64,000 bases of DNA from Candidatus Sulfotelmatobacter sp. (lineage in GTDB: Bacteria > Acidobacteriota > Terriglobia > Terriglobales > Acidobacteriaceae): the NCBI GenBank assembly GCA_035695545.1, contig DASRRV010000019.1:411-64410 (forward strand). The letters are read 5' to 3'. A program made the position numbers and the translations under genes. Positions 47,777-56,808 of this stretch are shown piece by piece (the first letter of the stretch is position 1; every line of letters starts with the position of its first letter). Below the pieces are notes generated by a model. It saw only the letters and a list, made by a program, of their open reading frames with translations, was not told the DNA's origin and did no database searches.

Positions 47777-49155
47777 TTGGCGTCTACAGTTTCTGCCCTC
47801 ACCACGCGATCATAAATCCACAGCAGAACCGTCGTAGCAATGCCCACCGCGACAATGCACCACCACAGCATCTCTGGACGATGTTGTTCTTCGCCAAAGT
47901 GATGCATCAACCATCCGCTGAAGGGCCCGGCGATGAACGATCCGATTCCGAGCGGCAGAAACGCAAAACCCATATAGGTGCCCTGCTGCCCCGGGGGCGC
48001 CAGCCGCGAAATGTAATCGTAGTAGCGCGGCTGTTGCACGATTTCCCCAATCGCCACAACCACCAGCGTGGCCACCGCCATCCACACCGACGGACGCACG
48101 ATCATCAGAATAAACGCCAGGCTCGTAATGAGCGTCCCCAGCACGATCGCATGAAATGCGTGCATACGCTTGGTGAGAAAGCCGATGATCATGGTAAAGC
48201 AGATGACCACGATGGGATCGGTTGCCAGAATCCACGCGGTATTGGCTTTAGGATCGATGTAAGTTGAGATGTAGAGCGGCAGGGCAATGAATTCCTGCCA
48301 GAATACGATCCAGTACCCCGTGAAGATCAGAAGAAAAACCATGAACCGCGGATTTGAGAGCACCGTCACGAAGTTGCGCCCAACCTGGGCCAGACTCGCC
48401 GTTTCACCTTCCTCCGACCGGCGCGGCTCCCGGAACAGCAGGAGCACGAGGAAGATCATGAAGAAGACGCTCACAGCCGCAAGTCGGAAGACAATCTGGT
48501 CGCCACCGTGGTCGTGTGCCCATCCCGCGATCAATGGGCCGCACGTGCTCCCCACGTTCACCAGTGTGTAGTAAATCGAGTAGCCAACCGAGCGAACGTT
48601 TTCGGCGGACGCGCGCGCAGTAGTCCCTACCACGCTCGGTTTCACCAGCGCCACTCCCAGCGCCGGCAGTATTAGGACGACCGCGACCAACGGGACGAGC
48701 GGTACCGCATTGCGGATAGGCGCAAACCACGCTGACCCTAGCGATCCCATCATGAAGTAGGCGAAGCTCAAAATCAGGTAGGCCAACGACAGCGCGCGGC
48801 GAAAGCCGAGTCGGTCTGCCACAGCTCCGCCCACCACTGCCAGAAACCACACCCAGCCGCCGAACATACCTGTCAGGCTGCTGGCGCGCTCGACATCAAA
48901 GTGCAGACCTTCATGGAGGTAGCGCGCCAGAACCGCAAACACAGCGTAGTAGGACAACCGCTCAAAAAGTTCGCTGATGTTGGCAATCCAGAACGGCCGC
49001 TCGAACCCTGTGCGGATTTCCTGCAAGCGTTGAGAGAAGGACAAAGTGGCTCCTGTGTCTGTGTGGCGGAGTCTGCGTGGCGCGGGCACCCTCGCCCGCG
49101 AGATGCAGCGGAACGCGACCGCTTCGCGATCAACCGGACAATACCAGCCGAACAA
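47773..49155 (-). CDS. POT/PTR2-family peptide:proton symporter (MFS), start uncertain
   Basis: 460 aa. ELFERLSYYAVFAVL matches the ExxERFxYY POT signature. About 12 TM segments. Confidence 0.85.
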   Translation of the reverse strand: MFGWYCPVDREAVAFRCISRARVPAPRRLRHTDTGATLSFSQRLQEIRTGFERPFWIANISELFERLSYYAVFAVLARYLHEGLHFDVERASSLTGMFGGWVWFLAVVGGAVADRLGFRRALSLAYLILSFAYFMMGSLGSAWFAPIRNAVPLVPLVAVVLILPALGVALVKPSVVGTTARASAENVRSVGYSIYYTLVNVGSTCGPLIAGWAHDHGGDQIVFRLAAVSVFFMIFLVLLLFREPRRSEEGETASLAQVGRNFVTVLSNPRFMVFLLIFTGYWIVFWQEFIALPLYISTYIDPKANTAWILATDPIVVICFTMIIGFLTKRMHAFHAIVLGTLITSLAFILMIVRPSVWMAVATLVVVAIGEIVQQPRYYDYISRLAPPGQQGTYMGFAFLPLGIGSFIAGPFSGWLMHHFGEEQHRPEMLWWCIVAVGIATTVLLWIYDRVVRAETVDAK

Positions 49156-49156
49156 A

Positions 49157-49780
49157 TCAGCCGAACAAGCGATCCCGTACGTATTGGCCGGTGACTCCGG
49201 CGACGCGAATCACTTTATTCCGGGTGGTCTGGCCGGACGCAATGGTAACGGAAGAGCGCGGCACCTTCAAAAGTTTTGCGAAGAATTCGACACAAGCCTC
49301 GTTCGCCCGTCCCTTTTCGGCAGCGGCCGTCAGTGAGACTTTCAGCGCATCGCCGAGCTCTCCGGTAATGGCGTTCTTGTTCGCGCCCGGATGGACCTTT
49401 ACCGCAAACGTCACACTGTCGGCCGATTCTCGAACAGGGATCAAGCGTTTCTCCTTCAGTGAGAAACCAGTTTCCAGCAACAATAGTCCCGCTACGACCG
49501 GAATCTGCGCGTTAGCCACGGTGCGCGACATCCCAATGCTCGCCATCAATGCAATGAAGAACGCTAGCATCGAGACGTTGCTGATGACGCAGAACATTTT
49601 CAGGCCGCGCACCGAGCTCCCGTTCTGTATTCGCAGCAGGTTCAGCATCGCTGAAAAGAGCAGAGCCAGGTCCGTCCCGAATATCCAGATGCGCCCGGTA
49701 TAGGCCTTCGGAATCAGGAAGGACGCGGCAATGGCCAGAAGAAAAAGGCTTCCGGCACAAAGCAAATCGAAGAATTTCAT
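49157..49780 (-). CDS. fusion of a three-TM membrane domain with a DUF167 (YggU-like) domain
   Basis: The C-terminal 95 aa, VTFAVKVHPGANKNAITGELGDALKVSLTAAAEKGRANEACVEFFAKLLKV, is DUF167-like. The N-terminal 110 aa are hydrophobic. Confidence 0.7.
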   Translation of the reverse strand: MKFFDLLCAGSLFLLAIAASFLIPKAYTGRIWIFGTDLALLFSAMLNLLRIQNGSSVRGLKMFCVISNVSMLAFFIALMASIGMSRTVANAQIPVVAGLLLLETGFSLKEKRLIPVRESADSVTFAVKVHPGANKNAITGELGDALKVSLTAAAEKGRANEACVEFFAKLLKVPRSSVTIASGQTTRNKVIRVAGVTGQYVRDRLFG

Positions 49781-49813
49781 AGCGTCCTCCGTGTTCCCCT
49801 GTGCCCTGTGTGT

Positions 49814-50518
49814 TTACGCTTTTGGTCTCTCCCCGAAAATTGCCGTTCCCACGCGCACGCAAGTCGACCCTTCCTCGATCGCAACCTCAAAGTCGTGCGA
49901 CATTCCCATGGAAAGCACTTCCATGCGGACAGCCGGGAGCCTGCGCCCGCCAATCGTGTCGCGCAGCTGGCGCAACTTTCGAAAAAAAGGCCGCGCTTCT
50001 TCGGGATCGTCCGTGAACGGAGGCACCGTCATCAGCCCCCGCAACTCCAACCCTTCAAGACGTGGCGCCGCCAGCAGCAATTCCTCCAACTCGCGGGAGT
50101 CCAGAGCCACTCCGCTCTTAGCCGCTTCTCCGCCAACGTTGACTTCAATCAGGATGCTCAATTTCTTGCCCAGCCCTCGCGCGGAAGCATCCAGTTTCTC
50201 CGCCAGCTTTACCGAGTCGACCGAATCCACCGCGCCGAACAATTCCGCAGCCTTGCCTGCTTTGTTCGTCTGCAAGTGACCGATCATGTGCCACTCGGCT
50301 CCGGCGAGATCGCCCAGTGCGCCGGCCTTACCCGCGAACTCCTGAACTCGATTTTCGCCAAACACACACAGCCCTGCGGCATGGGCCTCCCGAATGCGCT
50401 CCGCCGGATGCGTCTTCGTCACCGCCATCAACACGATTTCGTCGACGGAACGTCCCGCCCGGCGCGCCGCTACTGCCATTCGCTCGCGCACCACCGCGGT
50501 GTTTTCAGAGATGGCCAT
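49814..50518 (-). CDS. yggS: YggS-family pyridoxal-phosphate homeostasis protein
   Basis: LMAVTKTHP...FGENRVQE...HMIGHLQTNK...LSMGMSHDFEVAIEEGST is YggS-like. I prefer ATG 50518. Confidence 0.9.
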   Translation of the reverse strand: MAISENTAVVRERMAVAARRAGRSVDEIVLMAVTKTHPAERIREAHAAGLCVFGENRVQEFAGKAGALGDLAGAEWHMIGHLQTNKAGKAAELFGAVDSVDSVKLAEKLDASARGLGKKLSILIEVNVGGEAAKSGVALDSRELEELLLAAPRLEGLELRGLMTVPPFTDDPEEARPFFRKLRQLRDTIGGRRLPAVRMEVLSMGMSHDFEVAIEEGSTCVRVGTAIFGERPKA

Positions 50519-50551
50519 AAGAAACACTAAACCACAAAGGACACAACTCAC

Positions 50552-50672
50552 GCCTCGTCATCCTGAGCGAAGCGAAGGACCCATGCATTTGCCGGCAGCG
50601 AGAGAGTGCACAGGTCCTTCACGGCAAATAACGCTGCTCACGACGACAATCGTGAGATGTCCTTCGTGGTTG
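50552..50672. repeat. REP-like element with GTCATCCTGAG...GAAGGACC module
   Basis: cgtcatcctgagcgaagcgaaggaccc..., with a second inverted ggtccttc / gaaggac pairing. Lies in the yggS-OPT spacer. Confidence 0.7.
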
Positions 50673-50678
50673 AAGCTC

Positions 50679-52736
50679 CTACATGATCGCGGTCGGAGGC
50701 GCCGGCTCGTTGGGATCGCCGGCGCTCGAGATCGGCAGGCGGGTCATCAACACCGCCAGTCCAATCATCACAACAATGCCCGCAATGTATGAAGGGTTCT
50801 CGAAAAATTGCGGTGGATGGTGCGGAGCTTGCCAGCTCGGAATCAGCTGCATTCCTGCCCACACTAGTCCCATGAGGGCCTCTCCCACGATCAATCCGGA
50901 AGCGGTCAGTACCCCGGCATTCTCCACCCGCGCCATCTGGGCCGAGTTGAATCCACGCCGCTTTGCGAGTCCGTCTCCCAACAGGCGAAACACGCCACCC
51001 AGAAAAATCGCGAATGTCGTTTCAAACGGTAAATACATCCCCACCGCCACCAGCATGGGACTCTTCACCTGCATCAGAATCAGCCCAATACCAAAGAAGA
51101 CGCCCACCACAATGAGCGGCCACGGCATGTCTCCGCCGACAATTCCAACCGCGAGGGTTGCCATCAATCCGGCCTGCGGCGCGGCCAGACCACGGTCGCC
51201 AAACCCGATCCCGCCGTGCGCAATATTTCCGTCGTACAGAATCTTCAGAGGCCAGTACATCACCAGGCTAGCCACGACCACAGCAATCAACTCGGCGATC
51301 TGGATGGTGCGGGGCGTGCCTCCTAAAATGTAGCCAACCTTGAAGTCTTGCAGCAATTCCCCCGCCACCGCCGACGAAACGCAAACGACGGCGGCGACTC
51401 CCAGCACCGCCGCCACCCCGGCGATCCCTTTCACGCCCAAAGACACCATCAGCAGTGCGGCGATGATCAGCGTCGATAGCGTGAGTCCGGAGATAGGATT
51501 GTTCGACGACCCGATCATCCCCACCAGGCTGCCGGAAACCGTGGCGAAGAAGAAGCCGACGACCAGCATCACGACCGCCGCCAGAATCGCCGGCCACACC
51601 AGCCCCGAAATCCCGATGTATAGCGCGCACATGACCACGAACGTGCCCGCGATCAGTCCGAAAACGACCTTCGAACTCATATACTGCTCGGTGCGCGAAA
51701 GCTTGGCGCGTTCGTCGGCAGACTGTCGCAGATCGGAGAGAGCTTTGGCCAGGCCTGCCGTGAGGTTGCTCCCCATCTTGAATAGCGTGTAAGCGGCGCC
51801 AACCAACATTCCCCCGACCGCAATGGGCCGCACGATGAATCGCCAGACCGCAATCGACATCGTTGCCCAGTCGTCAGGCGTGTCCGCCGGAAGGTATTGC
51901 TTTACCTGCGGCCCCAGAAAATACATGAGCATGGGCACCATCAGTCCCCAGGCAAGCACGCCGCCCGAAAATTGCAGTGCCGCTAGTTTCCATCCAATGA
52001 TGTATCCCACTCCCAGGTAAGCGGGACTTACGCTCGCTGCGGGCATCATGCTGGCCCCGCCTGTCGCCAGAATCTGAGTGCTCCCGGTCGCGCCCAGCCT
52101 CACCTGACTTCGCCCCATGCTGCCCACAGTGAAGTGAAGATCCTTATCGGCGGCGAAGAGGCCAAAGCGCCCCAGGAGGAACACCACTCCGCCCACCCCA
52201 ACGTTCCAGAACAAATATTTTGCCGCTTTGGCGCTGCGCTGGCCGGCCTTGTGAATCTCCGATGCCGCCACGGATTCGGGAAATGGCAACTCCGGGTCTT
52301 CCACTAACACTCGTCGCACAAGCGAAACGAATAAGACCCCGAGCACGCTGCCCACAGTCATTAATGCTGTGGATTTCCAGTACGCGTCTCCCGGCATGAA
52401 AGACGGCCATGCCCTGGCAATCAGAAATGCTGGAATGGTGAAGACTGCTCCCGCCGCCACCGACTCGCCGATCGATCCCGCGGTTCGGGCGATGTTTTCT
52501 TCGAGCAGTGATCCCTTCCACGCACGCACGGCCGCCATCGCAATTACTGCTGCCGGATACGTCGCGGCAATCGTGATTCCCGCGCGCAGTCCCAGGTATG
52601 CATTTGCGGCTCCCAAAATTACTGTCAGAAACAGTCCGAGCAGTAGAGCTTTCCAGGTGAACTCCGTCATCTTCATGTTCTCTGGAACGAAGGGGACGTG
52701 TTTCCTGGAGCCGGTTCCGGGGTCAGTGCTGCTCAT
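50679..52736 (-). CDS. OPT-family oligopeptide transporter
   Basis: About 685 aa, polytopic, with an OPT-like sequence. I prefer ATG 52736 (MSSTDPG...) to the ORF-track start at 52841. Confidence 0.88.
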   Translation of the reverse strand: MSSTDPGTGSRKHVPFVPENMKMTEFTWKALLLGLFLTVILGAANAYLGLRAGITIAATYPAAVIAMAAVRAWKGSLLEENIARTAGSIGESVAAGAVFTIPAFLIARAWPSFMPGDAYWKSTALMTVGSVLGVLFVSLVRRVLVEDPELPFPESVAASEIHKAGQRSAKAAKYLFWNVGVGGVVFLLGRFGLFAADKDLHFTVGSMGRSQVRLGATGSTQILATGGASMMPAASVSPAYLGVGYIIGWKLAALQFSGGVLAWGLMVPMLMYFLGPQVKQYLPADTPDDWATMSIAVWRFIVRPIAVGGMLVGAAYTLFKMGSNLTAGLAKALSDLRQSADERAKLSRTEQYMSSKVVFGLIAGTFVVMCALYIGISGLVWPAILAAVVMLVVGFFFATVSGSLVGMIGSSNNPISGLTLSTLIIAALLMVSLGVKGIAGVAAVLGVAAVVCVSSAVAGELLQDFKVGYILGGTPRTIQIAELIAVVVASLVMYWPLKILYDGNIAHGGIGFGDRGLAAPQAGLMATLAVGIVGGDMPWPLIVVGVFFGIGLILMQVKSPMLVAVGMYLPFETTFAIFLGGVFRLLGDGLAKRRGFNSAQMARVENAGVLTASGLIVGEALMGLVWAGMQLIPSWQAPHHPPQFFENPSYIAGIVVMIGLAVLMTRLPISSAGDPNEPAPPTAIM

Positions 52737-52846
52737 AATGGAATCCTCTTGTGGCGTGGAATGGGAGCGAGAACTTACTTGCCTTTGCCTGCCTAACTCA
52801 TTCGAAACAACGGCGCACCTTAGCACGCGGCAAGCCCACATGACAA

Positions 52847-52881
52847 GTGCGTTACCGCTTGCCTGTGCGTTACCGCTTGCC
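52847..52881. repeat. exact tandem direct repeat, 2 x GTGCGTTACCGCTTGCC separated by 1 nt
   Basis: Copies at 52847-52863 and 52865-52881 are identical. A partial GGCAAGC lies upstream at 52829-52835 in the opposite orientation. Located in the divergent spacer between the OPT gene and the secreted-protein gene. Confidence 0.9.
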
Positions 52882-53240
52882 GCTTACAGTGGGTGTAATT
52901 GCCGGGCCTCTGGAATTCGAGGATGGACTGCGACGGAAACATAACGAAAGCCCGCCGCCGAGTTCTTCGCCGACTCGCTCGCCTCCGGCAACCTCTTCCA
53001 CTCCCCAGCATCCAAGTAAGTGGCAGAACTGCAGCGTCTTCCCCTTCGGCCTCACTGAGCGGAGAGGGGTTGGAGGGGAAGGTCGCCGCGGTGTGTTATT
53101 CGTTGTCCTATTCGTACAGACTTAGCTTTGCTACCTCTTGCATCCGGCACCGGAAAACCATGGTTCGCAGGTGCCCTCCGGCACGGACGTTGCCAGCATC
53201 GTCTCAACGAACAGCCTCTGATTCGATTAAACTGGATATT

Positions 53241-54113
53241 ATGAAACTGGCGTTTCGCGGTATCGTGTGCTCCCTGTCGCTTCTGTTGTTGACGTTCTTC
53301 GTTCTGCCTTTGCGCGCGCAGGAGGGTCCCCTCGACCCCAATCCTCCCAAAGACGCCACTCCTGAAGACATCATCAAACGCTTCGCCGCCAAAGAGACAG
53401 AATTTGCCAAGGCGCGCGACCAGTACACCTTCCGCCAGGACGTAAAAGTTCAGACCGTTGACGGAGATACGGTCGACGGCGAATACCGTGAAGTGTTCGA
53501 CGTGCTTTTCGACGACAAGGGCAAGCGCATCGAGAATGTCGTCTTCGCTCCGTCGTCAAGTCTCACCAAGATCTACATGTCGCAGGAAGACATGGAAGAT
53601 ATCCGCCACAAGCTGCCATTCGTGCTGACGACCGAAGACTTGCCGCAATACAACATCCTCTATGTCGGCCAACAGCAGGAAGACGAACTGCACTGTTACG
53701 TCTTCGACATCGCCCCAAAACAGATCGAAGGCAAGAAGCGTTACTTCCAGGGACGAGTCTGGGTCGACGGCCACGACTTTCAGATCGTGAAGACCTACGG
53801 CAAAACCGTTCCCGACATCCGCAAGAAGCACGGCGACGAGGAGAATCTCTTTCCCAAGTTCACCACCTGGAGACAACAGATCGACGGCGCGTACTGGTTC
53901 CCGGTCTACACCAAGGCCGACGATGAATTGCACTTCAAGACTGGCGACGTGCGCATCAAAGAAATCGTCAAATACGAAGACTACAAGCGGTTCGGCACCA
54001 ACACCAAGATCATCTTCGAAGGCAAAGAATTGCCCAAGGATCAGAAGCCGGACGCGAAAAAGCCGGATCAGCAGAAGCCGGACGCCACGCAGCCGCCTCA
54101 GAAGCCGCAATAA
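53241..54113 (+). CDS. secreted hypothetical protein (LolA-like outer-membrane lipoprotein-sorting family by recollection), Lys/Pro/Gln-rich tail
   Basis: I prefer ATG 53241, which gives the signal peptide MKLAFRGIVCSLSLLLLTFFVLPLRAQ. The ORF-track start at 52899 is upstream of it. Confidence 0.55.
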   Translation: MKLAFRGIVCSLSLLLLTFFVLPLRAQEGPLDPNPPKDATPEDIIKRFAAKETEFAKARDQYTFRQDVKVQTVDGDTVDGEYREVFDVLFDDKGKRIENVVFAPSSSLTKIYMSQEDMEDIRHKLPFVLTTEDLPQYNILYVGQQQEDELHCYVFDIAPKQIEGKKRYFQGRVWVDGHDFQIVKTYGKTVPDIRKKHGDEENLFPKFTTWRQQIDGAYWFPVYTKADDELHFKTGDVRIKEIVKYEDYKRFGTNTKIIFEGKELPKDQKPDAKKPDQQKPDATQPPQKPQ

Positions 54114-54118
54114 GGCAA

Positions 54119-54152
54119 AGTTTCAAAGTTTCAGGGTTTCAAAGTTTCAGAG
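54119..54152. repeat. GTTTCAAR word array, forward arm only
   Basis: agtttcaaagtttcagggtttcaaagtttcagag after the stop of the secreted protein. Confidence 0.85.
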
Positions 54153-54228
54153 TGGAAGCACTTGGCGCATGCTTTCGCGGAAGAGACTCAATCAGACGAT
54201 TGAGGAGACCTAGTACCTGATAGATCTC

Positions 54229-54528
54229 TTAGGACAATTTGTTGTACCGGTCCGCATCGAGATAGGTCAGGTCCGATGCGATCAGTGGTTGCGCATCCAG
54301 TTCCAGCAGTGAACCCCTCGCCTGCCCTAGAAAATGCAAGAATTCACCAGGGGTGAGCCTTCCCTGACCCCCGGCGATGTTCGGTACGACCGAAACTACT
54401 GCCCGCCTGACCTGAGAGGTCAATCCGTAGATTTCTGCTTGGGGAAACTGCTCCGTGGATCGATAGACCTCAACAGCCAGTGCTCTGGCCTTCTGCCAAA
54501 CGAACAATTCCCGATAGGAACGAGCCAC
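54229..54528 (-). CDS. four-helix-bundle protein (23S rRNA intervening-sequence protein family)
   Basis: 99 aa with YRELFVWQKARALAVEVY...LTSQVRRAVVSVVPNIAGGQGR...FLGQARGSLLEL, the characteristic family pattern. Confidence 0.85.
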   Translation of the reverse strand: MARSYRELFVWQKARALAVEVYRSTEQFPQAEIYGLTSQVRRAVVSVVPNIAGGQGRLTPGEFLHFLGQARGSLLELDAQPLIASDLTYLDADRYNKLS

Positions 54529-54540
54529 GTCTGAGTCTAG

Positions 54541-54622
54541 GTTTCAAAGTGACAAAGTTTCAAGGTTTCAAAGTTAAATCGCGAAGCGAGTGTTCCACTT
54601 TGAAACTCTGAAACCTTGAAAC
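54541..54622. repeat. GTTTCAAR word-array hairpin
   Basis: gtttcaaagtgacaaagtttcaaggtttcaaag ... ccactttgaaactctgaaaccttgaaac between the four-helix-bundle and HNH genes. Confidence 0.9.
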
Positions 54623-54623
54623 A

Positions 54624-55232
54624 TCAATAAAAGAGATACTTCCGCCACTTATCATCCGACCTTCCCATGAGCCGCATGATGTGCCGGCTGGTGTGCAGGT
54701 TGAACGCACGTGGCTCCCTCATCAGCTTCATGCCCGATTCAAGCGGCGTCTGGTTCCCCTTGCGGCGGTTGCAGGCATGGCAGCAGGCAACCAGGTTCTC
54801 CCAGGTGGACGAGCCTCCGCGCGAGCGCGGGATCACGTGGTCCAGCGTCAACTCGCTCGAGGGCAGCACCGTGCCGCAGTATTGGCAGGTGTTGCGATCG
54901 CGCAGCAGAATGTTCTTACGCGACAACGCGCGGCTCTGATGAGGAATGCGGCGGTACTCAAGCAGCCGGATGACCGACGGCAACCGCATGGCGACACGAG
55001 CCGAGTGCAGGAAGTGTCCGTTCTCTTCCTCGGTCATGGCCACGCCCTTGAGCACGAGCACTAGCGCGCGCCGTGCGGCGCAGACGTTGATCGGCTCGTA
55101 AGACGCGTTGAGCACGAGGACGGGCGCGAGCAGAGCATGGCCGTCACCGGCCCGGTGCGTGGCCGCCGGCGTGAACAAGCCGGCGGCGAGCCGGGATGTT
55201 GGAGTCGCGTCGTGTTCCATCCGTGGAGACAT
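54624..55232 (-). CDS. HNH endonuclease
   Basis: CQYCG...[29 protein letters not shown]. Confidence 0.85.
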   Translation of the reverse strand: MSPRMEHDATPTSRLAAGLFTPAATHRAGDGHALLAPVLVLNASYEPINVCAARRALVLVLKGVAMTEEENGHFLHSARVAMRLPSVIRLLEYRRIPHQSRALSRKNILLRDRNTCQYCGTVLPSSELTLDHVIPRSRGGSSTWENLVACCHACNRRKGNQTPLESGMKLMREPRAFNLHTSRHIMRLMGRSDDKWRKYLFY

Positions 55233-55243
55233 AAAATCTTAAC

Positions 55244-55325
55244 GCTTCAAGGTTTCAAAGTTTCAATGTTCCAAGTGCCTAAGCTCCGACCGGTGCAATG
55301 GCATCGTCTTTGAAACTTTGAAACC
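55244..55325. repeat. GTTTCAAR word-array hairpin
   Basis: gcttcaaggtttcaaagtttcaatgttccaag ... ctttgaaactttgaaacc between the HNH gene and comF. Confidence 0.85.
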
Positions 55326-56257
55326 TGCTTCTTGCAAACTTGCCTCTTGCTTAGATGCCAGCTTCAGCGTCCGCGCTACAGTTCCTACCCATACCTGGGC
55401 GGCCCCGGCGCGGAGGAGCACCCGCGCGCATTCCGACGCCGTGGTCCCCGTGGTATAGACATCATCCACGAGAAGCACCTCGCGGCCAGTGACTTCTGCG
55501 ACACGCGTAACGGCAAAGGCTCCCCGCATATGTTTTCGCGCCGCTGGTGGCTGGTCAAGCCGATCTGCGAGTGCGTATCCCGCTTCCGCAGCAACAGGTC
55601 ACTGACGAGCCGAAAGCGCTCGCCCCCGGGATACGGCTTGATCGCCGCCCGTGCGATCAACTCCGCCTGGTTGAATCCGCGCTGCCGGTGCCGGCTCTTG
55701 AACAGCGGCACGGGGATAACCAGCACCTCCTCCTGCCCGAACGAACTCTCCAGGTCCGCAATCGCCTCAGCCAGCATGCGTCCTAGTGCCTTCGCCGCCG
55801 GGCGCACTCCGTTGTACTTCAGCAGGTGCACCAGTTCGCGCAGACCGCCGTCATAGCTGCCATACGGCACCGCCCGGCTAAATGGATGCTCGATGCGGCA
55901 GCATACCGGGCATCGCCGCAAGCCGTCGGGATCGGTCAGCGCATACGACGAAAGTACGCGCTCTCCGCACACGGAGCACACCTTACCCATCACCGGCTGA
56001 ATTTCATCCAGGCAATCGGGACACACCGGCAGCCGGGAAATGTTCAGCAGAGGTATGCCGCAGATGCGGCAGTCGGAGGGAAACAGAACAGAGAAGAGAC
56101 TTTCGGCAGCCCGGGTGGCCCAGCCTTGCGCCCAATCTTGTACGAGTCGGGTCTTCTGCAAAACAATAGAAGTCCCCGCTACTGCGATACTGGCCTGGCT
56201 AGCCCGGATTCGGTCCTCACTACTGCTGAAGACGGCCTCCTTGTTACTCCCGCGCAC
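55263..56257 (-). pseudogene. comF: ComF-family (amidophosphoribosyltransferase-like) gene split by one frame break near 55526-55533
   Basis: ORF 55385-56257 carries the Cys-rich N-terminus and ...[14 protein letters not shown] 55263-55529 continues in another frame with RGAFAV...[21 protein letters not shown], the PRT motif. Confidence 0.75.
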
Positions 56258-56345
56258 ACCAGCGCGAGTCCATCGTTACTCGAACCAACTACGGGATCCA
56301 CTAATACCACCTGCTACTACGGCAGTATAGCGGCGACGCCCACCA

Positions 56346-56609
56346 CTAGGCAACGTTTCGGTTGGACGGAGCCGATGGTTTTCCCGGAATGATCCTGCTG
56401 GGCGTATCCGACAACCGGTGGCGCACTGGTGTAAATATCAGCCGGTAGTCTCGCCGAAAGCATTCGCCGCAGCGCACGGGCTGCAGGAACAATAGCGGGA
56501 GGATAAGTTTTTCGGTCAGCGTTCGCCGCCGCGAGCGGAAGCCGATTTCACTGCCGCAATCGTGGCAACGGTACGGGGGGATCAAAGGCCGTTCGGGGGA
56601 GTCGCTCAT
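56346..56609 (-). CDS. hypothetical zinc-ribbon protein
   Basis: 87-aa ORF with CHDCG...CGEC. Confidence 0.4.
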   Translation of the reverse strand: MSDSPERPLIPPYRCHDCGSEIGFRSRRRTLTEKLILPLLFLQPVRCGECFRRDYRLIFTPVRHRLSDTPSRIIPGKPSAPSNRNVA

Positions 56610-56808
56610 CTCAGTGCACCTCAGAAAGACTCGAACTACGAAGGGGCGGAAGAACCGATTGGCCCATTTTACACCTCAGCCGGGGAGTTAGCGTCAAGTC
56701 GCGGGAGCGGAACAGGTGACGCTTTCCATTCGCCCGCCGAACGAAAAAAAGCCGCCTTCCCCGCGAGACGCAGAGAGGCGGCTTGCTTGATCGTTTGTTT
56801 GTGCCAAC

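Noticed and set aside
55520-55535. The comF frame change considered as programmed ribosomal frameshifting.
   Set aside because: There is no slippery heptamer or downstream pseudoknot-like structure. Four other frame breaks nearby sit at G/C homopolymers, so an indel (sequencing error or mutation) is the simpler explanation.
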